Shown here piece after piece: positions 27,061-35,877 of a stretch of DNA of 64,000 bases. The stretch lies in contig JANXDI010000015.1 in the NCBI GenBank assembly GCA_025059595.1, positions 167,469-231,468 of the forward strand. Reading direction: 5' to 3'. The DNA is from Candidatus Calditenuaceae archaeon (GTDB taxonomy: Archaea > Thermoproteota > Nitrososphaeria_A > Caldarchaeales > Calditenuaceae). Both the position numbers and the translations under genes were made by a program. Position 1 is the first letter of the stretch. Every line of letters begins with the position of its first letter. The notes under the pieces are model-generated. The model was not told the origin of the DNA. It saw nothing but the letters and a program-made list of their open reading frames with translations, and did no database searches.

Positions 27061-28180
27061 CGCGCCTCAGCGGCTTGATTGACTTCCCGAAGAATGCGAG
27101 AAAGGACGTGTAGTTCTCGAGGACGCTCAAGCCAGCCAGCACGTCGATATGGGGGAGGGCCGTCAGCATCCCTATTGTAAGTGGCTTAAAGTTCGGCCTA
27201 TCCGTGTGAGGATTAAGCCATATTATCCTCCCCACCCTCTGCTTCAGACTAATCATACTCATCCTCAAAAGCTCAGGCTCACCAGTGTCCCAACCGTCAC
27301 TCACGATAACCACTATCCAACTCCGGTTCAGCATGTTCCCGTAATTATCTATGAAGCTTTTCAGGCTGTATCCTATTCTCGTGCCGCTTCCCCAGAGGTC
27401 AATCTCATTCGAAAGCCTCCTCCTCACCTCCTCCAAGTCTGTTACCGAGAGAAGCTCCGTTATGCGTCTTTGCCTAGTGCTGAACACGAAGACCTCAACG
27501 CGCCTAGTAAATCTTTTGAAAAGATACATCGCTCTGACGAGCCAGTCCGTATAAGTATCCATGGAGCCACTAATGTCGATTAAAGCCACGAGCCTAGCCC
27601 TTGAGAGAATCTTCGCCGACTTCCTCAGCTCCATTATCTCTCCGAACGTTTTGAAGCTATATCTGATGGTCTTCGCAAACTCTATCTCACCTCTCTTAGA
27701 GAAATGAGACCGCCTTCCAGGGAGAACTGCGAGCCTCCGGCGCATCCTCTTGATTATCCTTCTTCCCGTCTTTAGGGCTGAAGTATCTACAGGCCTAAGG
27801 TTCCTCTTGTGGAGCGACTCCGCCGGGCTATACATCACGTATTGGGTTGATGTGCTGTCTCTGTCTTGGCCCGCTCCTCTCGTCGACCTCATGGACTGTG
27901 TCTGAAAATCTGACCCCTCAGCCCCCTCTTCACCACCGCTCTCCTCTCCGGCCCCACTTCCACCTCCTGCGACGGCCTCCTCGATAGCCTGCTCAATTAG
28001 ATGATACTTTGACGGGTCCTTTATCATTGTGACTCGAATCGCCGTTATGATGTCCTCGAGGCCTCGGTCGGCTATGAGGCCGATGGCTTGGCAAGCGTCT
28101 ATCGACTCCGAGATTCCGACCTTCAGGCCTCGTCTCCTGAAACTCCTTGCAATTCCGCAGACGAATTCGTAGAGATGCAA
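27017..28180 (-). CDS. VWA-domain protein, CoxE-like
   Basis: MIDAS motif LIDISGSMD in the C-terminal half, plus an acidic Gly-rich linker. It sits directly downstream of a MoxR/CoxD-type ATPase gene. Confidence 0.8.
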   Translation of the reverse strand: MHLYEFVCGIARSFRRRGLKVGISESIDACQAIGLIADRGLEDIITAIRVTMIKDPSKYHLIEQAIEEAVAGGGSGAGEESGGEEGAEGSDFQTQSMRSTRGAGQDRDSTSTQYVMYSPAESLHKRNLRPVDTSALKTGRRIIKRMRRRLAVLPGRRSHFSKRGEIEFAKTIRYSFKTFGEIMELRKSAKILSRARLVALIDISGSMDTYTDWLVRAMYLFKRFTRRVEVFVFSTRQRRITELLSVTDLEEVRRRLSNEIDLWGSGTRIGYSLKSFIDNYGNMLNRSWIVVIVSDGWDTGEPELLRMSMISLKQRVGRIIWLNPHTDRPNFKPLTIGMLTALPHIDVLAGLSVLENYTSFLAFFGKSIKPLRRGESLVRHKPERAAI

Positions 28181-29110
28181 CTAGCTGCTTTTCCCCCCAA
28201 TGATGGAGAGTATTGAGTCGATATCCAGCCTAATAAGGTCCTCTTGGGTCTTGATGATACAGGGCAGGGTAGACATCACAGTTTCACGATTGAGTTCCTT
28301 GGCCGAGAGACGCGCTAACGCGTTAGCCCAGTCTAAAGACTCTGAAATCCCCGGCTTCTTCGAAACCTCAGGCCTCTGCCTCACAATATTAACAAAATCA
28401 ACAATCCTCTCCATCACAGCGTCGTCAAGCCCCTTCACCTTAAGCCTCAGTATCTTCAACTCCTTCTCCCTACTCGGATAAGACTGGAAATAGTACAGGC
28501 ACCGCCTCTTTAAACCATCTCCAATCTCCCGAGTCCTATTCGAAGTTAGAATGACTATTGGCTGCTTCTTGCACTTAATCGTCCCAATCTCTGGAATCGT
28601 CACCTGAAACTCAGCAAGGAACTCGAGGAGGAAGCCCTCAAACTCCTCATCGGCCCTGTCAATCTCATCGATAAGGAGAACAGGTGGGATATCACCTTCA
28701 TGGAGCACGGCAGCGAGGAGGGGACGCTTCAGAAGGAATTTTTCGCTGAAAATTTCCGACTCGACATCCTTCAAATCCCCCTTATTCTCAAGCAGCCTAA
28801 TGTAGAGGAGCTGCTTGGGGTAGTTCCACTCGTATATGGCGTCAGAAGCATCTAGGCCCTCGTAGCATTGAAGTCTGATTAGGTCGGTTTGAAGTATCTC
28901 TGCGAGAACCTTAGCTATTTCGGTCTTACCACAACCAGGCTCCCCCTCGATTAGGAGGGGCTTATTCATCTTGATAGCGAGGTAGAGGGCGGTGGCGAGG
29001 CTTCTGTCGGCAACGTAAAGATGCTTCTCAAGCTTCTCAATCAGAGTATCAATCGTCAATTTTTCGAGAAGTTCGGCCTTTGCCAAGCTTATTGAAGCAC
29101 CATCCAACAC
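28181..29110 (-). CDS. MoxR/CoxD-like AAA+ ATPase
   Basis: Walker A GEPGCGKTE and Walker B VLLIDEIDRADEE. About 300 aa, typical of the MoxR family. Confidence 0.9.
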   Translation of the reverse strand: MLDGASISLAKAELLEKLTIDTLIEKLEKHLYVADRSLATALYLAIKMNKPLLIEGEPGCGKTEIAKVLAEILQTDLIRLQCYEGLDASDAIYEWNYPKQLLYIRLLENKGDLKDVESEIFSEKFLLKRPLLAAVLHEGDIPPVLLIDEIDRADEEFEGFLLEFLAEFQVTIPEIGTIKCKKQPIVILTSNRTREIGDGLKRRCLYYFQSYPSREKELKILRLKVKGLDDAVMERIVDFVNIVRQRPEVSKKPGISESLDWANALARLSAKELNRETVMSTLPCIIKTQEDLIRLDIDSILSIIGGKSS

Positions 29111-29194
29111 AGATTCGCCAGGTTTCTTAATAAAACTTTACTCACGCCATATAACGTCTGTAGATTTATTAGGGATGGAAATGCAGTAAGTTCG

Positions 29195-29638
29195 ATGAAG
29201 CTAGGGGGGGCTTTTGAAGTTCCCGCTCCGTCGCGGAAGATTTGGCGGCTCGTTACCGACCCCAAGCAGATAAGTAAAGCGATTCCCGACTTGAAGAAGC
29301 TCGTAGTTAAGTCTGACAAGAACTTCGAGGCGGAGTTCAAAGTGAAGGTCGGTGTTCTAAGCGGGACCATGAAGGTGGATTTCAGATATGTTGATTTGAG
29401 GGAGCCGAGCCACGTCTCCCTCTCCGGCAAAGGGTCGGGGATGCAGTCTACAATCGACATTAAGATAGACCTTGATATTGTTGAGAAGGGTGAGAGTTTG
29501 TCTGAGGTTAAATGGGCCTCGGATGTAATTTTAGGCGGTATCGCCACCAGCCTCGGAGCTAGGATAGTTGAGGACGTAGCGAGGTCTAAAGTGGAGGCGC
29601 TGGTTAAGAATCTCAAAAAGATTGCATCAGCCGCCTAG
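29195..29638 (+). CDS. SRPBCC-fold protein, CoxG-like
   Basis: 147 aa. GAFEVPAPSRKIWRLVTDP ... IPDLKK ... KVGVLSGTMKV resembles the CoxG (PF06240) pattern. Confidence 0.75.
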   Translation: MKLGGAFEVPAPSRKIWRLVTDPKQISKAIPDLKKLVVKSDKNFEAEFKVKVGVLSGTMKVDFRYVDLREPSHVSLSGKGSGMQSTIDIKIDLDIVEKGESLSEVKWASDVILGGIATSLGARIVEDVARSKVEALVKNLKKIASAA

Positions 29639-29904
29639 CCATAAACCGGGGTTGAGACACCCTCCTCTCCGCTACTGAGGTAGAGCTTCTCGCCGATATC
29701 AACCTTAGACTCCTCTCCGGTGAGCCTCATCACTACGTAGAACCCCCCAACTTTGCCGAAGATGTCGGAGACATAACCTACAGCTTTTCCGTCGGCCGAG
29801 TATAAAGTTGCACCGAGCCTCGGCATGACTTCACCTTTCAGAACAACGAGCCTTGATAACCTCCTAAACACCACGCCTACGGGTATCAGCCCAGTCCGTG
29901 TCAA
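29635..29904 (-). CDS. gar1: H/ACA RNP component Gar1
   Basis: 89 aa. GATLYSADGKAVGYVSDIFGKVGGFYVVMRL matches the archaeal Gar1 beta-barrel core. Confidence 0.7.
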   Translation of the reverse strand: MTRTGLIPVGVVFRRLSRLVVLKGEVMPRLGATLYSADGKAVGYVSDIFGKVGGFYVVMRLTGEESKVDIGEKLYLSSGEEGVSTPVYG

Positions 29905-30185
29905 CGCTTCTCCCAGAGGCTCTGCGACACTATTTTCACAGCCTGTTTTTTTCTAATGCCTTTGGGCGGCTTTATCACGATTGAGGCGTTGCTCTTCCAC
30001 CACTTTGATGGGTGCCTTTTGTCGAGGGGCTCGGCCGGCCATCCAAGCCTCTGCGCGGCCTTAATTAGCATCTCTTGTGAAGGGTTCTTGACCGCTAGCC
30101 TCAAAGGCACTCTTCTACCCTCTGACCGGCTTAGATTCGCGTCAAAATATGTTGTCCACAGTATGAAGCCTTCTCTTCGAATCAT
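29901..30185 (-). CDS. srp19: Signal recognition particle protein SRP19
   Basis: ILWTTYFDANLSRSEGRRVP is the canonical SRP19 N-terminus. It overlaps both neighbouring genes by 4 nt. Confidence 0.85.
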   Translation of the reverse strand: MIRREGFILWTTYFDANLSRSEGRRVPLRLAVKNPSQEMLIKAAQRLGWPAEPLDKRHPSKWWKSNASIVIKPPKGIRKKQAVKIVSQSLWEKR

Positions 30186-30586
30186 GCCCGACTAGCGGAG
30201 GAGGACTGAATGAGAACGGCGTTTATTACGCCGTCGGAGCCCGGCCTCGATGTCACCTTTGCGTCGCCGTGTCGGGTCTCAATTATCGCCCCTTTAGTTA
30301 TGACTCCTCGCCTCTCGAAGTCGCTGTTGGCCGGGTTTGACCTTACCCCAAGTATCTCTGTCCGAATGGTTTTCCCAGTGGCAGGATCGTAAAGATTGGC
30401 AAATCTATCAGATTTGAGTACCTGCTTGCTTCCTCCTCCCCTTGTCCTGATGCTTATTCTCTCAGGTTCACCCACGAGGCAGTAGACCATGTCCCGTCCA
30501 ACCTCGGCTCTCGTCTTCTTCCTATGCTCTCCCTTCTTTCCGCCGCTCTTTTTCCGCTTATGAATGTCTGTGTGCCACTGGGTCAT
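30182..30586 (-). CDS. rps8e: 30S ribosomal protein S8e
   Basis: KRKKSGGKK ... RTRGGGSK ... NPANSDFERRGVITKGAII ... VTSRPGSDGVINAVL. Confidence 0.9.
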   Translation of the reverse strand: MTQWHTDIHKRKKSGGKKGEHRKKTRAEVGRDMVYCLVGEPERISIRTRGGGSKQVLKSDRFANLYDPATGKTIRTEILGVRSNPANSDFERRGVITKGAIIETRHGDAKVTSRPGSDGVINAVLIQSSSASRA

Positions 30587-30612
30587 GCCACTCGGGATAA
30601 TTGAGGGTTCAA

Positions 30613-31443
30613 CTATATAGGTGTAAGCTCCGAGGGAGGTTCTCTACCAGTCAGCTCCGTGAATAGAGACTCTTCATCCTGAATGTCAACTCCCATCGAT
30701 GCGAAGAAGCGGTTGACGTTTCTCAAATCTCTCATCAAGAGTATGTGTGCGTATGGGTTCGTTAACGGGACAGCCTGAGAGAGGTCGATGAAATAGACTG
30801 TCTGAGGGTCTGGGGCCATTATATTAAACTCGCTTAGGTCTCCGTGAACCAGGCCCGCCTGCCTGTAGAGCTTGGCCACGTTCTCAACGACCTTCTGGTA
30901 GGTCTCGACATATTCCTCACCTGTGTATTTAGTCTCGCGAAGCAGCGGATACCTTGCGCCTTCTATTCCGAGGAAGGCCATGACGAGTATGTTTGCGCTG
31001 ACGACTATAGGTTTCGGGACGGGGACGCCTGCCTCAAAGGCCGCCTTCAAGTTTCTGAACTCTCTCCTCGCCCAAGCGTCGATGAATTTCCTGAGGTTGA
31101 GACCTGGCCTCACAAAGTTATGATCACCAGCAACGTATATCATACGCGTTTTTCTGAACTCCGTGTTGTTAACTAGGTAAATCTTAACAGCGCGCTCCTC
31201 ACCATCCTTACTCTTTGCATAGTATATTCTCGACTCCTTTCCTGCGCTTACTACGCCGTAGAAATCTTCGAAGATTCCACGCCTCATCAACTCGTAGAGG
31301 GACTGGAGTGTTGCCCTGTCGAAGACCTCCTCGAAGGCGGCAGAGTCCAGTGAGCGGTCCTTCTCAAGCATCCTGTTCTTTATATCCGCGATTGCCTCCA
31401 CCCTGCTTAATTTCTTGAACAGCCGCTCTCCATCCTCGCTCAA
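30613..31443 (-). CDS. rio1: RIO-type serine/threonine kinase (Rio1-like)
   Basis: SAGKESRIYYA, catalytic LVHGDLSEFNIM, metal-binding FIDLSQAV. There is no N-terminal wHTH, so Rio1 rather than Rio2. Confidence 0.9.
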   Translation of the reverse strand: MSEDGERLFKKLSRVEAIADIKNRMLEKDRSLDSAAFEEVFDRATLQSLYELMRRGIFEDFYGVVSAGKESRIYYAKSKDGEERAVKIYLVNNTEFRKTRMIYVAGDHNFVRPGLNLRKFIDAWARREFRNLKAAFEAGVPVPKPIVVSANILVMAFLGIEGARYPLLRETKYTGEEYVETYQKVVENVAKLYRQAGLVHGDLSEFNIMAPDPQTVYFIDLSQAVPLTNPYAHILLMRDLRNVNRFFASMGVDIQDEESLFTELTGREPPSELTPI

Positions 31444-32258
31444 TTCTTTTCACTCGCGGCCTCGCCGCCTTTTACGTTTAAGTAAGCTTGAGGAATCCGT
31501 CCTGCAAGCCTCTTCTTCCTCGCCACCCTGATGGTATTCAGATCGACTTCGTCAATCAGGACGGATAGTCCGGGCCTAGCCTCGATAATCTCGGGTAGGT
31601 ATATTTCGTCGCTATAGTGGACCGGCCTAACCGCGCATGACCCTCCGAGGTATTTTGGAGGCGACCAGATGTTCGCCGCATAGATTGGTATCCTGTTCTC
31701 GAGGCTCCTGACTTTGAGGTATAGGCGCCATGCTTCTCCCCCTCGAGATGCTATTCTCGCCGGGTTGAAGAGAATTTCAGCGCCGCCCAAAACAAGCGCC
31801 CTCGCGGCCTCCGGATAAACTATGTCATGGCATATCAAAACACCAATCTCCACACCTTTGATATTGAAAGTTCTGAAGGTCTCACCCCTACCCAGTAGTT
31901 CGTTCTCGCGTCCGTAGAGATGCACCTTCTCATGCGAGCCGATGACCTCTCCACTTGAGTTTATTACTGGGCATGAAACGAGGGGCTGCCCTCCCCTAGC
32001 CGTGTATAGGCCGCCGCCCAGAATATAGACACCATGTTCTGCCGCAATTTCACACAGCTTCTTCATAGCATAAGCGCTCTCCGCCAGAGCTCTATCGAGA
32101 TGGTTTAGAGGGTCGAGGCTAACCCATGCCTCGGGAAGGAGGGCGGTGTCCGGCTCATACCGGCGAGTTATTCTTATGAGCTCCTCAAGCTCCTTAAAGA
32201 GCTTCCCCAACTCTTCCCTCAAAGAGGTTTGAAAAACTGCAACCTTCAAGGCTACCAA
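31440..32258 (-). CDS. Carbon-nitrogen hydrolase (nitrilase superfamily)
   Basis: Glu-Lys-Cys triad contexts LLPEAW, HEKVHLY and VLICHDIVYPE. Confidence 0.85.
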   Translation of the reverse strand: MVALKVAVFQTSLREELGKLFKELEELIRITRRYEPDTALLPEAWVSLDPLNHLDRALAESAYAMKKLCEIAAEHGVYILGGGLYTARGGQPLVSCPVINSSGEVIGSHEKVHLYGRENELLGRGETFRTFNIKGVEIGVLICHDIVYPEAARALVLGGAEILFNPARIASRGGEAWRLYLKVRSLENRIPIYAANIWSPPKYLGGSCAVRPVHYSDEIYLPEIIEARPGLSVLIDEVDLNTIRVARKKRLAGRIPQAYLNVKGGEAASEKN

Positions 32259-32361
32259 CTATAGGTTACATCTCTGACCCATGCTAATAAGTCATCAGCT
32301 TCTTATGGGCTTGCGGAAGAGTAAAAGGGTGGAGCCGGAGAGTTAGACTGCCGGAGAATGG

Positions 32362-33519
32362 ATGGAAATGTGGGCTGACGGTGCTGACGCCTCTTGGATT
32401 ACTAAATACTTTGACGAAGTGGGGGACCCAAAGGCCCTCATAAATCTCGGCGTGGGTGAGCCTGACTTCGACCTATTCGAGCCTCTAAAGGAGGAGGCCG
32501 AGAGAGTAATCAGGCTTGGGTTGAACAAGTATACTCAGACGGCGGGAATTATCGGGTTAAGGGAGGCGATTGCAGAGGCCTATAGTAGGAGGTGGGGTGT
32601 TGATATATCGCCCGACAATGTAGTCGTCACTCCTGGGGCGTCGAACGCCTTATTCATGACTCTGGCCTCAATTGTCCGCCAGGAGGAGGAAGTGGTAATC
32701 CCCACACCCTCCTTCCCATCCTTCAAGTCTCTGACGCGGATTGTCGGTGGCAGGCCCTTAGAGATCGAGTCCACACACGAGCAGGGCTTTAAGCTGAACA
32801 TGGAGGGTCTGAGGATGGCCCTAAAAGAGAGTAAGTCTGCCGTCATAATTAACAGCCCGACGAATCCCACAGGCACCGTTATTGATGCAAAGGCTCTTTC
32901 AGAAGTGGTTGAGCTATGCAAAAAGTCCGATGCATACCTCATCTCTGACGAAGTTTACGAGAGATTCGTGTATGGAGTCGATTACGTCAGCGCGGCGAGG
33001 CATTGGGGAGAGTATGATAAAATCGTTATCATCAACAGCTTCTCGAAGACGCTAGCCATGACGGGCTGGAGGCTGGGCTACATGATAGTTCCCGAACATC
33101 TAAAACCACGAATCATATTGCTTCAAGCAAACATTAACGCCTGCGCGCCCAGCGTAGCCCAGCACGTAGCACTCTATGCGCTCAAGTCAGACGAGGTGCA
33201 GACAATGATTGACGAGAAGGTATCAGAGTACATGAAGAGGAGGGACATTTTCTGCGAGGCCCTGAATTCGCGGGGGATTCCGACGCATCTTCCAGCCGGG
33301 GGGATTTACCTCTTCCCGAGGATACCAGTATCCATGGATTCGGAGACCTTCTGCTCCCGCCTCTCGAAGGAGGCTGAGGTCGTGTCTGTTCCTGGGAGGG
33401 CGTTCGGAAAGGGTGGGGAGGGTCATTTCAGGGTTACTTTCTCTGCCGAGCCTGCGAGACTCGTGGAGGCGGCCGAGAGGATGGCGTCTTTTTTGGAGAG
33501 AGTTAAGGGAGCTGGGTAA
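32362..33519 (+). CDS. Class I/II pyridoxal-phosphate aminotransferase (aspartate aminotransferase-like)
   Basis: PLP-lysine motif NSFSKTLAMTGWRLGY and N-terminal LGVGEPDF. Confidence 0.9.
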   Translation: MEMWADGADASWITKYFDEVGDPKALINLGVGEPDFDLFEPLKEEAERVIRLGLNKYTQTAGIIGLREAIAEAYSRRWGVDISPDNVVVTPGASNALFMTLASIVRQEEEVVIPTPSFPSFKSLTRIVGGRPLEIESTHEQGFKLNMEGLRMALKESKSAVIINSPTNPTGTVIDAKALSEVVELCKKSDAYLISDEVYERFVYGVDYVSAARHWGEYDKIVIINSFSKTLAMTGWRLGYMIVPEHLKPRIILLQANINACAPSVAQHVALYALKSDEVQTMIDEKVSEYMKRRDIFCEALNSRGIPTHLPAGGIYLFPRIPVSMDSETFCSRLSKEAEVVSVPGRAFGKGGEGHFRVTFSAEPARLVEAAERMASFLERVKGAG

Positions 33520-33531
33520 GGGCGGGGCGGG

Positions 33532-34095
33532 TTAAGCGGTCTGCTTCACATCTTGCCCAAGGTTGTCGATTCTCAGTCTAACCAAATTAGTCCGACCGAG
33601 AGGCTCCACCTCTACGATATTCCTGCTTCTGAGGGATGAGACGACTCTGTGAGCTTGGAGCCGAGTGAGTCCAAGGGCCTTGGCTATCTCCCTCTGCTCC
33701 GCCACACCCCCATGACTTGTGAGATACTTAACTACAGCGCTCTCTCTTTCAGTTAACCCAACTAAACCGGTCTTCGCCCCCCTGAGTTGTGTGAGAATAT
33801 AGGTGATGGAAATGGCGATAAGAGCGGCGGACGCAGCCGCTGTGGGGAGGCTCATCCAGAGCATCATGGTCTCGTGTAGCTGTATGTTGGGCAGGCCGCG
33901 CATAGCCTCGTTCATGAGAAGGTTGTGTTGCCAGAGGCTGAGAAGTGAAATGGAGAGGAGAGAAACGCCGAGAGTGGCCGTCAGAACTCCGAAGACATGT
34001 CTACGTCCACCAAGACCCGGCACGCCCTCAAACCCTCTGAAAGCCCTAATAAGTGTTCCCGAAATACGCACCGGCCTCCGATTTAAGCATTTCAA
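33532..34095 (-). CDS. Membrane-anchored winged-helix (MarR/ArsR-like) putative regulator
   Basis: Two or three TM segments are followed by TERESAVVKYLTSHGGVAEQREIAKALGLTRLQAHRVVSSLRSRNIVEVE. It is divergent from the PepSY/CopG genes across a 48-nt spacer. Confidence 0.6.
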   Translation of the reverse strand: MKCLNRRPVRISGTLIRAFRGFEGVPGLGGRRHVFGVLTATLGVSLLSISLLSLWQHNLLMNEAMRGLPNIQLHETMMLWMSLPTAAASAALIAISITYILTQLRGAKTGLVGLTERESAVVKYLTSHGGVAEQREIAKALGLTRLQAHRVVSSLRSRNIVEVEPLGRTNLVRLRIDNLGQDVKQTA

Positions 34096-34143
34096 CGTTT
34101 CACGACTGTTTCAAAATAACCATATCTCCCTCCGAAAACGTAT

Positions 34144-34902
34144 ATGGTTGGCGGAATTATGGTTGACAGGCAGGTTCTAATTGCTGCGGTTCTTGTGGTC
34201 GCCGCTGTAGGAGTGATACTAGGTCTCTTTCTTTGGCTTGGCTTGGGCGGTGCATCTGGAGGAAATTTAATGGCAGCTAACACCTTCATGCAGACAACGG
34301 CGACGCCAGCGTATGGCCAAGGGGCTCCGATAGTAGGTGGATGTCCTTGTCAGGCTTGGATGTGGGGTTCGACATTAAGGTCAGGAGCCTCAAGAATCAG
34401 TATAGAGGAGGCGGTTGGCCTTGTTAGGGAATACGTCTCGTCGAGGTTCGGCTCAGGATTCAAGATTCACGAAATAATGGAGTTCCAGAACAATTTCTAC
34501 GCGGCTATTCTCGAAGAAGAAACTGGTACAGGTGCTTTTGAGCTGATTATCGACCCTTATGCAGGCGTCGTTTCGCCTGAGCCCGGCCCCAACATGATGT
34601 GGAACAGAAAATACGGCATGCATTATGCCATGATGGGTTTAAGGGTTGAGCCTATCCTCGAGATGCCCATCGGGCCGGAAAAGGCGGTCGAGCTTGCCAG
34701 ACGATACCTCGCCCAAAGGTTCGGTGGGGTGGTGGAGGTTCTTGAGCCTTTGAAATTCTACGGCTACTACACTATGGACTACAAGCTTAACGGTGAGGTT
34801 CATGGAATGCTCAGCGTGAACGGCTACACAGGCGACATATGGTATCACTCTTGGCACGGCAACTTCGTCAGAGAGCTTGAGCTTGAGGGTGGGGAAAGTT
34901 GA
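34144..34902 (+). CDS. Membrane-anchored protein with two PepSY-like repeats
   Basis: N-terminal TM, a GGCPCQAWMW motif, then two repeats of the PepSY pattern (ISIEEAVGLVREYV ... and IGPEKAVELARRYL ... VNGYTGDIWY). Confidence 0.6.
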   Translation: MVGGIMVDRQVLIAAVLVVAAVGVILGLFLWLGLGGASGGNLMAANTFMQTTATPAYGQGAPIVGGCPCQAWMWGSTLRSGASRISIEEAVGLVREYVSSRFGSGFKIHEIMEFQNNFYAAILEEETGTGAFELIIDPYAGVVSPEPGPNMMWNRKYGMHYAMMGLRVEPILEMPIGPEKAVELARRYLAQRFGGVVEVLEPLKFYGYYTMDYKLNGEVHGMLSVNGYTGDIWYHSWHGNFVRELELEGGES

Positions 34903-35288
34903 GCCAAACAGACAAGCCAACTGCGGCCTTCATAATATCTCTAGCGGGCGGAACTCTGGTTCTCGTGGGAGGCCTAGTCTCTCTCCTCTGGATATACTAT
35001 CCTAGCTGGATGTGGTGGCGTGGAATGATGATGCCCGGAATGATGTGGTGGATGCCATCCTTGTGGCTCGCTCTCCCTGTCCTCGGCATCACCTCGGGAG
35101 TCATCATCATAGTCGGGGCATTAGCGATAATTAGTAATCCCGCGCAGTCTCAAATCTGGGGAGCGCTGATACTCGTGTTCTCGGTGATTGGTCTTTTTGG
35201 GTTGGGCGGGTTCATCGCTGGCTCTCTCCTAGGGATTGTGGGCGGTATCCTAGCGCTGACTTGGAAGACACAGCCAAAGGAGGTCTAA
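34899..35288 (+). CDS. Small integral membrane protein with a Met/Trp-rich loop
   Basis: 129 aa, about 4 TM segments, with loop WMWWRGMMMPGMMWWMPSLW. The TTG start overlaps the upstream stop (TTGA). Confidence 0.55.
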   Translation: MSQTDKPTAAFIISLAGGTLVLVGGLVSLLWIYYPSWMWWRGMMMPGMMWWMPSLWLALPVLGITSGVIIIVGALAIISNPAQSQIWGALILVFSVIGLFGLGGFIAGSLLGIVGGILALTWKTQPKEV

Positions 35289-35291
35289 CGT

Positions 35292-35810
35292 ATGAGGAAA
35301 AAGGGCCAGAAGGGAAGAATTCATAAGATGTTAGGACCCTTTATAGCAGCAATCTCAACTACACTAGTAATAATTGCTGCCATACTGTTAAGTCAGGCGC
35401 TTGACGGGACTAGACAGACAGCTAGCACAAGCCCAGCCAATATAGAGATAACCGTGTATAGGACCTCCGCCTGCAGTTGCTGCGCAGAGTACGAGGAGTA
35501 TCTCAGGAGTAAACGAGTTGTCGTGAAGACTATTATTTTGGACCCCGCCGGGCTGTCGGATTTGAGGCGGAGAATTGGTATACCGAGTGCGCTTCTCAGC
35601 TGCCACACGTCCATTGTGGAAGACTACTTTGTTGAGGGTCATGTACCGCTGGAGGTAATCTCGAGGCTGTTAGCTGAGCGGCCTGACGTAGATGGTATCG
35701 CTCTGCCGGGGATGCCTCAGGGGGTGCCGGGAATGGGTGGGACACGGAAAGGCCCGCTACAGGTCTTCGCCTTGAGCGGAGACTCGATAAGCGTCTTCAT
35801 GGAGCTTTAA
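35292..35810 (+). CDS. DUF411 / CopG-family metal-binding protein
   Basis: N-terminal TM, CxCC motif (ACSCCAEY), SCHTSIVEDYFVEGHVP and LPGMPQGVPGMGG. These match the conserved DUF411 blocks as I remember them. Confidence 0.8.
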   Translation: MRKKGQKGRIHKMLGPFIAAISTTLVIIAAILLSQALDGTRQTASTSPANIEITVYRTSACSCCAEYEEYLRSKRVVVKTIILDPAGLSDLRRRIGIPSALLSCHTSIVEDYFVEGHVPLEVISRLLAERPDVDGIALPGMPQGVPGMGGTRKGPLQVFALSGDSISVFMEL

Positions 35811-35877
35811 GTCAACGAAACACCGAATCAACACGTTTATTTTGCATAATGTTCAAATTATTCTCTAGGATAGGGAA

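Noticed and set aside
29089-29616. 175-aa minus-strand ORF antisense to the CoxG-like gene
   Set aside because: It is Ser/Thr/Leu-rich with no motif, and it fully overlaps a plus-strand ORF that has recognisable CoxG features.
32241-32310. C/D-box sRNA candidate on the minus strand (CTGATGA followed 14 nt later by TCAGA) upstream of the CN-hydrolase gene; similar weak candidates occur at 8300-8370 and 18440-18500
   Set aside because: The C box is non-canonical. There is no proper D box (CUGA) at the right spacing, no C'/D' pair and no terminal stem. The sequence is more simply the 5' region of the downstream gene.
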